A stretch of 64,000 nucleotides of DNA, from the NCBI GenBank assembly GCA_964291285.2, contig OZ219785.1, positions 704,001 through 768,000 on the forward strand, in the 5' to 3' direction. The position numbers and the translations under genes were made by a program. Shown in pieces: positions 10,926 through 21,314 of the stretch (positions are counted from its first letter, which is position 1; every line of letters starts with the position of its first letter). Below the pieces are notes generated by a model. The model did not search any database and was not told the origin of the DNA. It worked only from the letters and a program-made list of their open reading frames with translations. This stretch comes from Alphaproteobacteria bacterium. GTDB lineage: Bacteria > Pseudomonadota > Alphaproteobacteria > Bin95.

Positions 10926-12347
10926 TCAGCAGGCGGGGTCCTTCGGGTCGATGGGCAGCAGGCTGTCGAGGCCGGCCGCCTGCTCGAACAGCGCCGCCGC
11001 TTGCAGCAGCTCCGCCTCGCCGCGCGGCCGGGCGACCAGTTGCAGGCCGACGGGGCGCCCGTCCGAGGTGAAGCCGCAGGGGATGCTGATCGCCGGCGAG
11101 GAGGTGACCGTGACCGCGCATTGCAGGCCCATCCAGTCCACGTAGTTGTCGAACACGGTATCGCCGATCCGGTCCACATAGCGCTGGTCCAGCGAATAGG
11201 GCGGCACCGCCGCGGTCGGGCAGGCGAGCAGGTCGAACTCCCGGAAGAACTCGGCCATGCGCAGGAAGAGCGCCGCCCGCCCGGCCTCGGCTTGCGCGAT
11301 GTCGGCCGCGGTGAGCGCCAGGCCCTTTTCGTAGTTCCAGATGATCTCCGGCTTGAATTTGTCGCGATGCGCCTTCATCCGCTCGGCGTGATCGGTGACG
11401 AACAGGACGGCCCGGAAGGTGTGGAAGGCCTCCATGGCGCCGGAAAAGTCCGGTGCACGGTCCTCCACGGCCACGCCCATGCCCTCGAAATGCGCCATGG
11501 CGCGGGCGCAGATGTCGCGCACTTCCGGATCGACCGGCATGAAGCCGAGATCGGCGCTGAAGGCGATGCGGCGGGGCCTGGCGGGCGCGGCCACCGCCTC
11601 GCGGTAGGGCACCGGAGGGGCCGGCCAGGACAGCGGGTCGCGCGGATCGAGCCCGGCCATGACGTCCAGGAAAAGGGCGGCGTCCGCGACATTGCGCGCC
11701 ATCGGGCCGTTCACGGAGAGGTAGTTGAAGCCGCTGTCGGAAGGGCCCCTCGGCACCCGGCCGGGCGACGGGCGCAGACCCACCACCGAGCAGAAGGCGC
11801 CCGGCGTCCGCAGGCTGCCGCCGAGGTCGGACCCGTGCGCGAGCCAGACCTGCCCCGTGGCGAGCGCCACCGCCGCGCCGCCGGAGGAGCCCGCGCAGGT
11901 GAGCGAGGTGTTCCACGGGTTGCGGGTGGCGCCGAACACCTCGTTGAAGGTCTGCCCGCCGGCGCCGAACTCGGGCGTGTTCGATTTCGCGAGCACGACG
12001 CCGCCCGCGGCCTCGATCCGCAGCACGGCGACGTCCGACTCGTCCGGCACATGGTCGGCATAGATCGGCGAGCCGTATGTGGTGCGCACGCCCGCCACGG
12101 GATTCAGGTCCTTGATCGCCACCGGCAGGCCGGCCAGCAGGCCGCGCTCGGCGGGCGCGCGCTCCATCAGCTCGCGGGCCCGGTCGCGCGCGCGTTCCGG
12201 CACGAGGGTCGGCAGCGCATTGACCCGGCCGTCAACCGCCTCTATATGCGCCATCGCGGCGTCGATGGCGTCGAGCGGCGTGATGTCGCCGGCCTTGAGC
12301 CTTGCAACGGTTTCGCGGGCGGTCAGTCGGCAGAGATCGTCGGACAT
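10926..12347 (-). CDS. Amidase signature family protein
   Basis: GLPVAIKD, GSSGGAA, GSDLGGSLRTP; start MSDDLC. Confidence 0.92.
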   Translation of the reverse strand: MSDDLCRLTARETVARLKAGDITPLDAIDAAMAHIEAVDGRVNALPTLVPERARDRARELMERAPAERGLLAGLPVAIKDLNPVAGVRTTYGSPIYADHVPDESDVAVLRIEAAGGVVLAKSNTPEFGAGGQTFNEVFGATRNPWNTSLTCAGSSGGAAVALATGQVWLAHGSDLGGSLRTPGAFCSVVGLRPSPGRVPRGPSDSGFNYLSVNGPMARNVADAALFLDVMAGLDPRDPLSWPAPPVPYREAVAAPARPRRIAFSADLGFMPVDPEVRDICARAMAHFEGMGVAVEDRAPDFSGAMEAFHTFRAVLFVTDHAERMKAHRDKFKPEIIWNYEKGLALTAADIAQAEAGRAALFLRMAEFFREFDLLACPTAAVPPYSLDQRYVDRIGDTVFDNYVDWMGLQCAVTVTSSPAISIPCGFTSDGRPVGLQLVARPRGEAELLQAAALFEQAAGLDSLLPIDPKDPAC

Positions 12348-12473
12348 GACATCGGGATCCGGTTCTTCGGGGGGCGGAACCTTACCAATAGTTAAGTGGT
12401 GCGTCGCGGTGCGGTTGGCTATACCCCGCGCCGGCCGGAGCGGCTTGAAGAAGCCGCCGGGATTGGGGATGGA

Positions 12474-13439
12474 ATGTTGGCGCTGGTTACCGCCGAAGGC
12501 CTGACAAAGCGCTTCGATGCGCATGTGGCGGTTGACCGCGTGGACCTCGAGGTCGGCGCGGGCGAGGTGCTGGGGTTCCTCGGCCCCAACGGCGCCGGCA
12601 AGTCCACGACGATGAAGATGATTGCGGGGTTCCTCGCCCCGACCGAGGGCCGCGCGGCGATCTGCGGCCACGATGTGACCGACGATCCGATCCCGGCCCG
12701 GCGCAATCTCGGCTATCTGCCCGAAGGCGCGCCGCTTTACGGCGACATGACCGCCGGCGCGTTTCTCGCCTTCGCGGCGGCCATGCGCGGCCTCTCCGGC
12801 CGGCAGGGCCGGGCCGCCATCGGGCTTGCGGTCGAGCGCACCGACCTCGCAGAGGTGCTGGCCCAGCCCATCGACACGCTGTCCAAGGGGTTCAAGCGCC
12901 GCGTCGGCCTGGCGCAGGCGCTGCTGCACGACCCGCCGGTGCTGATCCTCGACGAGCCCACGGACGGGCTGGACCCGAACCAGAAACACGAAATGCGCGC
13001 GCTCATACGCGAAATCCGTCCCTCGAAGGCCATCGTCATCTCGACCCATATCCTGGAGGAGGTGGATGCCGTCTGCACCCGCGCGGCGGTCATTGCCGGC
13101 GGGCGGATTCTGGCGGATGCCGCGCCGGCGGACCTTGCCGCCCTGTCGCCGCTGCACAATGCCGTTTCGCTGACGCTTGGCGCCCGGTTCGCCGATGCGG
13201 CCGCCGCGTCGCTCGAGGGGCTGGACCGTGTGGCGGCGATCCAGCGCGAGCCGGCGGGCCCGGACGCCGTGAGCCTGACGGCGCTCTCAAGCGACGGCGC
13301 GCCTATCCTCGCGGATGTCGGGCTGCTGGTTCAGGCGCACGGTTGGGCGGTCGGGGACCTGCGGACCGAGACGGGAGCGCTCGACGACGTTTTCCGGCGG
13401 ATGACGCAGCCGGACGCGGAGGCGGCGGAGCATGGCTAA
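12474..13439 (+). CDS. ABC transporter ATP-binding protein (GldA-like)
   Basis: GPNGAGKST, LSKGFKRR, LDEPTDGLDPNQ. Confidence 0.9.
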   Translation: MLALVTAEGLTKRFDAHVAVDRVDLEVGAGEVLGFLGPNGAGKSTTMKMIAGFLAPTEGRAAICGHDVTDDPIPARRNLGYLPEGAPLYGDMTAGAFLAFAAAMRGLSGRQGRAAIGLAVERTDLAEVLAQPIDTLSKGFKRRVGLAQALLHDPPVLILDEPTDGLDPNQKHEMRALIREIRPSKAIVISTHILEEVDAVCTRAAVIAGGRILADAAPADLAALSPLHNAVSLTLGARFADAAAASLEGLDRVAAIQREPAGPDAVSLTALSSDGAPILADVGLLVQAHGWAVGDLRTETGALDDVFRRMTQPDAEAAEHG

Positions 13440-14166
13440 CATCGGCACTATCTTCCGCCGGGAGTTCGCCGGCTACTTCATCACCCCGGTCGCCTATGTC
13501 TTCATCGTCATCTTCCTGGCGCTTGCGGCGGCGCTGACCTTCTATGTTGGCTCCTTCTTCGAGCGCGGGCGGGCGGACCTCCTGTCCTTCTTCCAGTGGC
13601 ACCCCTGGCTCTACCTCTTCTTCATGCCGGCGATCTCGATGCGGCTCTGGGCCGAGGAGCGCAAGACGGGCACCATCGAGCTCTTCCTGACCCTGCCGGT
13701 CTCGACAACCGCTGCGGTGGTCGGGAAATTCCTGGCGGCCTGGGTCTTTGCCGGGCTCGCGCTGGCGCTGACATTCCCGATCTGGCTCACCGTCAACTAT
13801 CTCGGCGAGCCGGACAACGGGGTCATCGCCGCCAGCTATATCGGCTCCTTCCTGCTGGCGGGCGCCTATCTCGCCATCGGTTCCTGCCTTTCCGCGCTGA
13901 CCAGGAACCAGGTGATCGCCTTTGTGCTCACAGTGACCGTCTGCTTCCTGTTCAACGTGCTGGGGGCGGGGGTTCTGCAGCCGGTGCTCGGCGACGCCGT
14001 GCCGGCGGAGTTCCTGGAGACGCTCGCCTCCTTCAGCCTGCTCAGCCACTTCAACAATATCGTCAAGGGCGTGATAGACCTGCGCGACCTTGCCTATTAC
14101 GCGCTTGCAATCGGCGTCTGGCTGGCCGCGGCCGCCATCACCGTGGACCTCAAGAAGGCGGACTGA
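13432..14166 (+). CDS. ABC-2 permease (GldF-like)
   Basis: SMRLWAEERKTGTIELFLTLP; multiple TM segments. Confidence 0.9.
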   Translation: MANIGTIFRREFAGYFITPVAYVFIVIFLALAAALTFYVGSFFERGRADLLSFFQWHPWLYLFFMPAISMRLWAEERKTGTIELFLTLPVSTTAAVVGKFLAAWVFAGLALALTFPIWLTVNYLGEPDNGVIAASYIGSFLLAGAYLAIGSCLSALTRNQVIAFVLTVTVCFLFNVLGAGVLQPVLGDAVPAEFLETLASFSLLSHFNNIVKGVIDLRDLAYYALAIGVWLAAAAITVDLKKAD

Positions 14167-14170
14167 GGCG

Positions 14171-16147
14171 ATGGAGCGTTTCCGGCAACGCAACCTGTTC
14201 GCCAGGCTGGCGCTGGTCCTGCTGGCGGTCCTGTTCGTGGCCGGGGTCAGCCTGTCGGACCGGCTGTTGCGCCACGCCCGCCTCGACCTGACCGAAGAGG
14301 GCGCCTTCACGCTTGCGGAGGACTCCAAGCGGGTCGTCCGGGAGATCGACGAGCCGATCGTGCTCCGCTTCTACTTCTCCAGCCGGATCGCGCGGGAAAT
14401 CCCTCAGGTGGGGGTCTATGCGCGCCATGTGCGCGACCTTCTGGAGGAATTCGCCACGCATTCCGACGGCAGGATCGACCTCCAGATATTCGACCCCGAA
14501 CCGTTCACCGACGCCGAAGACCGGGCCGACTCATTCGGCCTCCAGGGGCTGCCGGTGGACCGCTCGGGCGAGCGGGTGTTCTTCGGCCTCGCCGGCACCA
14601 ACTCGACCGACGATGTCGAGCTGATCCCGTTTTTCGACGAGAGCCGGGAGCGCGACCTCGAATACGACATCGCCCGCATCGTCTATAGCCTCGCCAACCC
14701 GGAATTGCCGGCCGTGGGGCTGATAACCGGCCTTCCGATCGCGGGCTCGCCGATGTCCCAGTCGGGCCGGGGCCGGAACGACGCCTGGACGATCTACAAC
14801 CTGCTGCTCAAGTCGGTGGATGTGCGCCAGATCGTCAGCACGGCCACGTCGGTGCCGGAGGGCGTGGATGTCGTGGTGCTCGTGCATCCCAAAGGGCTCA
14901 CCGACGAAACCCTCTACGCGCTCGACCAATTCGTGCTCCGCGGCGGCAGGCTGCTCGTCTTCGTGGACCCGCACTCCGAAGGCGAGGCGCAGAACCCGGA
15001 ACTCCTCCGCCGCGGCATGCCGCCCGGAGGGTTCGCCTCCAATCTCGGTCGGCTGTTCGAGGCCTGGGGCATCGAGATGCCGGCAGGCGAACTGGCGGGC
15101 GATGTCGGTTTCGCGCGCCGGGTGCAGGTGCCCGACCGGTCCAGGACGCGGTTGATGGCAATTGACTATCCGCTGTGGCTCGGCGTCGACAAGACGGGAA
15201 TTTCCCGCGAGGATTCGATTGCGAACGAACTTTCGCTGCTGAATATCGCGTCTCCCGGCCATATCCGGACGCTCGAGAGCGCCGGGGCCACGGTGACGCC
15301 GCTGGTGACCACCTCCAAGGACGGCGGCACCGTGCCGGTATCGCTCGTCCAGGGACCGGCCGATCCGGTCGCGGTGCTCCATGCCTTCGAGCCGGCCGAA
15401 GCGCCGCTGGTGCTCGCCGCGAGGTTGTCGGGCGAGGTGGAGAGCGCGTTTCCGGACGGGCTGCCGGAACCGAAGCCGAAGGACAGCGGGGAACAGGCGG
15501 CCGAAGGTGAAGAGGCGGAGATCGACGAAGAGGCCATGGCCGCATGGGAGGCCCTGAAGGCGGCCCATCTGGCGCGGTCCGCGGCGCCGATGGACGTCAT
15601 TGCGGTGGCCGATGTCGATATGCTCGCCGACCCGATGTGGATGGTCGCAAGCCGGTTCGACGGCGGGCTTACCGGCCAGGCGGTGGCCGACAATGCGGCC
15701 TTCTTCCTGAATGCGGTCGAAAACATGACCGGCCGCGACGACCTCTCGTCGCTGCGCTCCCGCGGCAGTTTCCAGCGCCCCTTCACCCTGGTGGAGAGAA
15801 TCCGGCGCGAGGCGGAAAACAAGCACCGCAAGAAGGAAAAGGAATTGCTGGACCGCCTGGAGGAGGCAATGGGGCGGCTGAACCAGCTCGAGAGGGACTC
15901 CGCGGCCGAGGAACAGGTGGTGTTGACGGCATCCCAGGCCGACTCGCTCAAGACCATGCGCGCCGACGTGATCCGCCTTCGCCGCGAGCTGCGCGATGTC
16001 CAGCACCGCCTGCGCCGCGATGTCGAGGCGCTGACCTCCTGGCTCGAACTCGTCAACATCGCTCTCGTCCCGGCTCTGGTGGCCGTATTCGCGGCGGTCG
16101 TCGCCTGGGCCCGGCGCGCCCGCCGGCGCCCGGTGCAGGAGGGTTAG
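14171..16147 (+). CDS. GldG-like ABC auxiliary component
   Basis: RLDLTEEGAFTL, LEYDIAR, DQFVLRGGRLLVFVDP; N- and C-terminal TM. Confidence 0.85.
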   Translation: MERFRQRNLFARLALVLLAVLFVAGVSLSDRLLRHARLDLTEEGAFTLAEDSKRVVREIDEPIVLRFYFSSRIAREIPQVGVYARHVRDLLEEFATHSDGRIDLQIFDPEPFTDAEDRADSFGLQGLPVDRSGERVFFGLAGTNSTDDVELIPFFDESRERDLEYDIARIVYSLANPELPAVGLITGLPIAGSPMSQSGRGRNDAWTIYNLLLKSVDVRQIVSTATSVPEGVDVVVLVHPKGLTDETLYALDQFVLRGGRLLVFVDPHSEGEAQNPELLRRGMPPGGFASNLGRLFEAWGIEMPAGELAGDVGFARRVQVPDRSRTRLMAIDYPLWLGVDKTGISREDSIANELSLLNIASPGHIRTLESAGATVTPLVTTSKDGGTVPVSLVQGPADPVAVLHAFEPAEAPLVLAARLSGEVESAFPDGLPEPKPKDSGEQAAEGEEAEIDEEAMAAWEALKAAHLARSAAPMDVIAVADVDMLADPMWMVASRFDGGLTGQAVADNAAFFLNAVENMTGRDDLSSLRSRGSFQRPFTLVERIRREAENKHRKKEKELLDRLEEAMGRLNQLERDSAAEEQVVLTASQADSLKTMRADVIRLRRELRDVQHRLRRDVEALTSWLELVNIALVPALVAVFAAVVAWARRARRRPVQEG

Positions 16148-16155
16148 CGACGCGC

Positions 16156-17274
16156 ATGAAACTACGCAGTTTCCTGATCCTGCTGATTCTGACGGCTGCC
16201 GCGGCCGCGGCAGCCATCGGCGTTCTGGTGGACGAGCGCGTCCGCAGCGGCGACCCGGCTGTTGGCGCCATGCTGTATCCCGGCCTGCTGGAGCGCGTGA
16301 ACGACATCGACTTCGTCGAGGTTTCCACGACGGCGGACGGCACCGTGTCGGCCCGGCGCGAGGGCGGGCGCTGGGGCGTGGTGCAGCGCCACGGCTATCC
16401 CGCCGACTTCAGGATGCTGAGCCGGATGCTCTACGACCTCGCACGCATCGAACTGATCGAGCCGCGCACCAGCAAGCCCGCGCTCTATCCGAAGATCCGG
16501 GTGGAGGACCTGGGAGACAGGAGCGCGCTTTCCATCCGGATCGTGGCGAAAGCGGGCGGTGAGACGGCGGCGGACCTGCTGGTCGGCCTGGCGCGCCCGG
16601 AAGAGGCGGGCGGCGGCGTCTTCCTGCGCAGGAGCGGCGAGGCGCAATCCTGGCTCGCCAAGGGCGGTTTCCAGCCGGTGCAGCTGCTCACCCGCTTTCT
16701 CGACCGCAATATCTGCAATGTGGAGCAGCGCCGCCTCCATCGCACCCGCCTGACCCATGCCGACGGCGAGACGGTCACGGTCTCGAAGGCCGGGCCGGAA
16801 GAGACCGTCTGGACCCTCGAAGAGCCGCCGGGCGAGGGGCGGAAGGTGAAGGCGACCCACGAGCTGTCGCCGCTGACGAGCTGGCTCGATTTCCTGATCT
16901 TCGACGATGTGCGCCCGGCCGCCGAAGTGGACTTCTCGAAGCCGCTGGTCTCCGGCCGGTTCGTCACCTTCGACGGACTCGTCGTCGAGGTGAAGATGGC
17001 CGCGCAGGACGGTGATTACTGGGTGGTGCTGGCCGCATCGCCGGGGACGGCGGACCCGCGCGTGCAGCCCCTGCTGGACGCGCGCAGGACGATGGATGCG
17101 GACAAGCTCGAGGGCTCGCTCCAGATGGCGCTGAAAACGCCGGACGAAGTCGCGGCCGAGATCGGCAAGATCAACGCCACCGCCGGCGGCTGGGCCTACC
17201 GCGTCACCGACTACAAGACGGACAAGTTCCGCACCCGCCTCGCCCAGCTCACGGAAGCCGCCGGCGAGAGTTAG
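16156..17274 (+). CDS. DUF4340 domain protein
   Basis: N-terminal TM, GYPAD motif, usual fourth gene of GldAFG-like operons. Confidence 0.75.
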   Translation: MKLRSFLILLILTAAAAAAAIGVLVDERVRSGDPAVGAMLYPGLLERVNDIDFVEVSTTADGTVSARREGGRWGVVQRHGYPADFRMLSRMLYDLARIELIEPRTSKPALYPKIRVEDLGDRSALSIRIVAKAGGETAADLLVGLARPEEAGGGVFLRRSGEAQSWLAKGGFQPVQLLTRFLDRNICNVEQRRLHRTRLTHADGETVTVSKAGPEETVWTLEEPPGEGRKVKATHELSPLTSWLDFLIFDDVRPAAEVDFSKPLVSGRFVTFDGLVVEVKMAAQDGDYWVVLAASPGTADPRVQPLLDARRTMDADKLEGSLQMALKTPDEVAAEIGKINATAGGWAYRVTDYKTDKFRTRLAQLTEAAGES

Positions 17275-18001
17275 CCTCGCCGCGGGCTATGTCGAGGAAC
17301 ACCTCCTCCATGTTGCGCCGCCCGTAGCGGGCGATCAGCGCGTCCGGGGCGCCCCGGTCCACCAGCCGCCCGTCCTTCATCATCAGCACGTCGCGGCAGA
17401 GCCGCTCCACCTCCAGCATGTTGTGCGAGGCGAGCAGGATGGTGGCGCCGGTCCGCCGCACATAGGCGGCGAGATAGGAGCGCGCCCAATCGGCGGTCTC
17501 GGGGTCGAGCGAGGCGGTCGGCTCGTCGAGCAGCAGGAGCTGCGGCTCGTTCACCAGCGCCTTGGCGAGCGCGAGGCGGGATTTCTGGCCGGCGGAGAGG
17601 GTGCGCGTGCGTTGTTTCAGCAGCGGGGTGAGCTCCAGCGCTTCGGCCAGCTCCCGCACATGCCGGCCCGCCCGCGCCACGCCGTAGAGGCGCGCATAGA
17701 CCAGCAGGTTCTCCTCCGCCGTCAGCCGGCCGGGAAGCTCGACATAGGGGGAGGAGAAGTTCATGCGCTCCAGCGCCCGGTAGCGGTCGCGGGTCATGTC
17801 GGCGCCGAGCGCGTGCACCGTCCCGGAGGTCGGCAGCAGCAGGCCGAGCAGCATGGCGATCGTGGTCGTCTTGCCGGCGCCGTTGCCGCCGAGCAGCGCG
17901 ACGATGCCGCCATGCTCGAGATCGAAGGTCAGCCCGTCCACGGCCTTCACGGACCCGAATTCCTTCGAGAGGTCGCGCACCGAGACGGCCCATTCGCTCA
18001 T
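17249..18001 (-). CDS. ABC transporter ATP-binding protein
   Basis: GGNGAGKTT, LSAGQK, LLLDEPTASLDP. Confidence 0.9.
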   Translation of the reverse strand: MSEWAVSVRDLSKEFGSVKAVDGLTFDLEHGGIVALLGGNGAGKTTTIAMLLGLLLPTSGTVHALGADMTRDRYRALERMNFSSPYVELPGRLTAEENLLVYARLYGVARAGRHVRELAEALELTPLLKQRTRTLSAGQKSRLALAKALVNEPQLLLLDEPTASLDPETADWARSYLAAYVRRTGATILLASHNMLEVERLCRDVLMMKDGRLVDRGAPDALIARYGRRNMEEVFLDIARGEANSRRRLP

Positions 18002-18045
18002 GCTATGTTTCCCTCTCCGACATCAGCGGGGAGCGCCCGCCGCCC

Positions 18046-19344
18046 ATGAAGGTTTTAGAGCCCGCGCCGCCCCGGGGCGAGACCGGCATCGTGCAGACGC
18101 GCACCCTGGTGCTGATTCGCTGGGTTGCGGTGGCGGGGCAGGCGGGCACGGTGCTGGTCGTCCATTTCGGCTTCGGGTACCGGCTGCCGATCGAGGCGGC
18201 GGCGGCGGTCATCGCGATGTCGGCGGTCGTCAACCTGTATGCAAGCCTGCACCACCGCGCCGGGGCCGGCCTTCCGGAGCCGCAGGCCTTCGGCTTCCTC
18301 GCCTTCGACACGCTGCAGCTCGCCCTGCTGCTGTTCCTCACGGGCGGCCTCCAGAACCCGTTCGCGCTGCTGCTGCTGGCGCCGGTGACGGTGGCGGCGT
18401 CGGTGCTGTCGAGGGCAAGCTGCATCAAGCTCGTGGTGCTGGCCGGGGCGGCCGCCAGCGCGCTGTCGGTCTGGCATCTGCCGCTGCCCTGGGACGGGCC
18501 GCCGCCCACCATGCCGGCGGAGCTGGTGCTGGGCATATGGTTCGCCACCATCACCGCCATCGCCTTCCTCGCCGTCTATGTGGGGCAGGTGGCGATCGAG
18601 CGGCGCCGGATGACCGATGCGGTCTCGGCCGCGCAGGATGCGCTGGCGCGCGAACAGCGCGTCGCCGATCTCGGCACGCTGGCCGCGGCCGCGGCGCATG
18701 AGCTCGGCACGCCGCTCGCGACCATCACCGTCATCGCCTCGGAGCTCGCGCGCGAAGTGCCGGCGGACAGCCCGCTCGCCGAGGATGCGCACCTGCTGAA
18801 GAGCCAGGCCGAACGCTGCAAGGCGATCCTGACGGAGCTGTCGCGCCGCCCGGACGCGCGCGGCGCCTCCTATCTCCGCATGCCCTTGACGGCGCTGATC
18901 GAGAGCATGGCGGACCCGCACCGGCGCGAGGCGGTCGATCTCGCCATTCTCGGCCGCGCGCGCGACGACACGGCCGAGCCGGCCCTGGAGCGCCGTCCGG
19001 AACTGGTGAACGGCCTCGGCAACATCCTGTCCAACGCGCTCCAATTCGCCCGCAGCCGCGTGGTCGCCTCCATCGTCTGGGACGCCGAGCGGGTCGCCGT
19101 GACGATCTCGGACGACGGGCCCGGCTTCCCCGCGGCGCTGCTGGGCCGCCTCGGCGAGCCCTACCTTTCCACGAGGCGGGGCAGCGACGGCCATATGGGC
19201 CTCGGCATCTTCATTGCGCGCACGCTGCTGGAGCGCACGGGCGCCGACGTCACCTTCCTCAACCGGCCCCAGGGCGGCGCGGAGGTTGAGGTGTTGTGGC
19301 CTCGCGTGATACTTGAACCTTCAAGCATGGGTGGGGAGCGATGA
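18046..19344 (+). CDS. regB: Redox sensor histidine kinase RegB/PrrB/ActS
   Basis: TGGLQNPF quinone motif, AAAAAHELGTPL, DDGPGF, GLG. Confidence 0.93.
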   Translation: MKVLEPAPPRGETGIVQTRTLVLIRWVAVAGQAGTVLVVHFGFGYRLPIEAAAAVIAMSAVVNLYASLHHRAGAGLPEPQAFGFLAFDTLQLALLLFLTGGLQNPFALLLLAPVTVAASVLSRASCIKLVVLAGAAASALSVWHLPLPWDGPPPTMPAELVLGIWFATITAIAFLAVYVGQVAIERRRMTDAVSAAQDALAREQRVADLGTLAAAAAHELGTPLATITVIASELAREVPADSPLAEDAHLLKSQAERCKAILTELSRRPDARGASYLRMPLTALIESMADPHRREAVDLAILGRARDDTAEPALERRPELVNGLGNILSNALQFARSRVVASIVWDAERVAVTISDDGPGFPAALLGRLGEPYLSTRRGSDGHMGLGIFIARTLLERTGADVTFLNRPQGGAEVEVLWPRVILEPSSMGGER

Positions 19345-19892
19345 ACGAACAGCAAGGCTCCGGCGACGCCGGCACACTTCTTCTGGTCGATGACGACCCG
19401 CCCTTCCTGAACCGCCTGGCGCGGGCGATGGAACGGCGCGGCTTCGACGTGCGCACGGCCGGCTCGGTGTCGGACGGCAAGGCGGCGGTGGACATCGACC
19501 CGCCCGATTACGCCGTGGTCGATCTTCGGCTCGGCGACGGCAGCGGCGTCGATGTCGTCTCGCACCTGCAGACCGTGCGCCCCGAGAGCCGCGCGATCAT
19601 CCTCACCGGCTATGGCAATATCGCGACCGCGGTGGCGGCCGTGAAGGTCGGCGCCATCGACTACCTGCCGAAACCGGCCGACGCCGACGCCATCGAGACG
19701 GCGCTGAAGCACATGGGCGCGGACCCGCCGGGACCCCCGGAGCTGCCGATGTCGCCCGACCGGGTGCGCTGGGAGCATATCCAGCGCATCTACGAGCAGT
19801 GCGGGCGCAACGTCTCGGAGACCGCACGGCGGCTGCGCATGCACCGCCGCACCCTCCAGCGCATCCTCGCCAAATACGCCCCCAGGGAATAG
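19341..19892 (+). CDS. regA: Response regulator RegA/PrrA/ActR
   Basis: LTGYGNIATAV, RVRWEHIQR, NVSETARRLRMHRRTLQRILAK. Confidence 0.96.
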   Translation: MNEQQGSGDAGTLLLVDDDPPFLNRLARAMERRGFDVRTAGSVSDGKAAVDIDPPDYAVVDLRLGDGSGVDVVSHLQTVRPESRAIILTGYGNIATAVAAVKVGAIDYLPKPADADAIETALKHMGADPPGPPELPMSPDRVRWEHIQRIYEQCGRNVSETARRLRMHRRTLQRILAKYAPRE

Positions 19893-19905
19893 CACCCGCC
19901 GCCCC

Positions 19906-21054
19906 TCACCCCAGCCGCCGGTCCAGCTCCGCGAGGCAGGCGGTTCGGTCGGGCTGGAAGGCGCGGGCGATCCACCAGTCTTCGAGGTCGCGGAGCAGGC
20001 GGCCTAACGCCGGGCCGGCGGGGACGCCGCGGGCGCGCAGGTCGCGGCCCGCGAGCGGGAAGGGCGGGGGCGGGGGGTCGGCCAGCAGCGCCTCGCCTGT
20101 TTCGTCGCCGCCCGTGAGCAGGAGGCGGTCGAGGAAGCGCTCTCGGCCCTCGCGGTAGAGCGCCCGGCGGTCTAGCGGCTTCGGCTCGGCGAGTGCCTCT
20201 ATGCGTTCCGCCTCGGCCGCGCTGAGGCGCAGCCGGCCGGGGTCCGGGCGGGCGAGCAGGGCGGCGAGGCGGCGGACGGGGTCGGGCGCGACGGCGAGCC
20301 GGGCCTCCGCTTCGACAGTCCGGGCCAGCCGGTCCGTCCTCTCCGCCGCCGGCAGGACCGGGCGGAACACGCCGCGCGCCGCCATCAGGGCTGCGACCGG
20401 CGCGGGGTCGGGCGCGGCGAGCAGGCCCAGCATCTCCGCCCGGAGGCGCTCGCCGGAAAGCGACTCCATCAGCGGCGCGAGCCGGACCGCCGCTTCGAGG
20501 CTCGCGGGGTGGCCCGGCAGCGTCCCGAAGCGGGCGGTGAAGCGGAAGAAGCGCAGCACCCTCAGCACGTCCTCGTGTATGCGCCGCTCCGGGTCGCCGA
20601 CGAAGCGGACGAGGCCGGCGGCAAGGTCCGCGCGCCCGCCGAAATAGTCGAACAGCCGGCCCTCGGGGCTCGCCGACATGGCGTTCACGGTGAAATCCCG
20701 CCGGGCGGCGTCCTCGCGCCAGTCGCGCGTCCAGGCGACCACGGCGCGCCGGCCGTCGGTCTCCACATCGCGGCGCAGCGACGCCACCTCTGAGTGGCGC
20801 CGCCTGCCGACGGCCAGCACGACGCCGTGGTCGATGCCGTAGGTGCGGACCTTGAGGCCCGCCGCTTCCAGCCGCCGCACGACCTCGGGCGGCTCCTCCG
20901 GCGTGGCGATGTCGAGCTCAGTGTCAGGGGTCAGCCGGCCCGCAAGCGCATCGCGGACCGCCCCGCCGACGAAGCGGCAATCGCCCAGCGCCCCCACGAT
21001 TCGCGCGATGTCGGGGTCGCGCATCCAGTCCGCCGCCGGGGCGAATGCGGTCAA
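19906..21054 (-). CDS. cca: CCA tRNA nucleotidyltransferase
   Basis: FVGGAVRD, DAARRDFTVNAM, RIHEDVLRVLRFFRF; TTG start overlapping upstream stop (alternative ATG 21024). Confidence 0.88.
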   Translation of the reverse strand: MTAFAPAADWMRDPDIARIVGALGDCRFVGGAVRDALAGRLTPDTELDIATPEEPPEVVRRLEAAGLKVRTYGIDHGVVLAVGRRRHSEVASLRRDVETDGRRAVVAWTRDWREDAARRDFTVNAMSASPEGRLFDYFGGRADLAAGLVRFVGDPERRIHEDVLRVLRFFRFTARFGTLPGHPASLEAAVRLAPLMESLSGERLRAEMLGLLAAPDPAPVAALMAARGVFRPVLPAAERTDRLARTVEAEARLAVAPDPVRRLAALLARPDPGRLRLSAAEAERIEALAEPKPLDRRALYREGRERFLDRLLLTGGDETGEALLADPPPPPFPLAGRDLRARGVPAGPALGRLLRDLEDWWIARAFQPDRTACLAELDRRLG

Positions 21055-21314
21055 TCCGCCACCTTGCCGGGCACGATCTTCCCGTCCTCGACCCGGGGCG
21101 GGCTGTAGGTGCCCTCCGGGTCCGAGGTGCCGGTGAGCGCCCAGTAGCCGAGCAGCAGCGCGACCAGGCAGAAGCCGGAGACGAGAATGGCGTTCCAGGG
21201 CGCGTCGCGCAGCCATCCGGGCGCGGGCCGCCCGTCGCGGATGACGACCCACGCCATGTAGAGCAGCAGCGGTATCGAGGCCGCGAGCAGGAGTTGGACG
21301 ACGACCTTCAGCAT
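21051..21314 (-). CDS. Small membrane protein (DUF6111-like)
   Basis: two TM segments, YSPPRVEDGKIVPG C-terminus; between nudL and cca. Confidence 0.7.
   Translation of the reverse strand: MLKVVVQLLLAASIPLLLYMAWVVIRDGRPAPGWLRDAPWNAILVSGFCLVALLLGYWALTGTSDPEGTYSPPRVEDGKIVPGKVAD

Noticed and set aside
12474-17274. Gld-like ABC genes as evidence of gliding motility
   Set aside because: This module is widespread in non-gliding bacteria; no other gliding genes here
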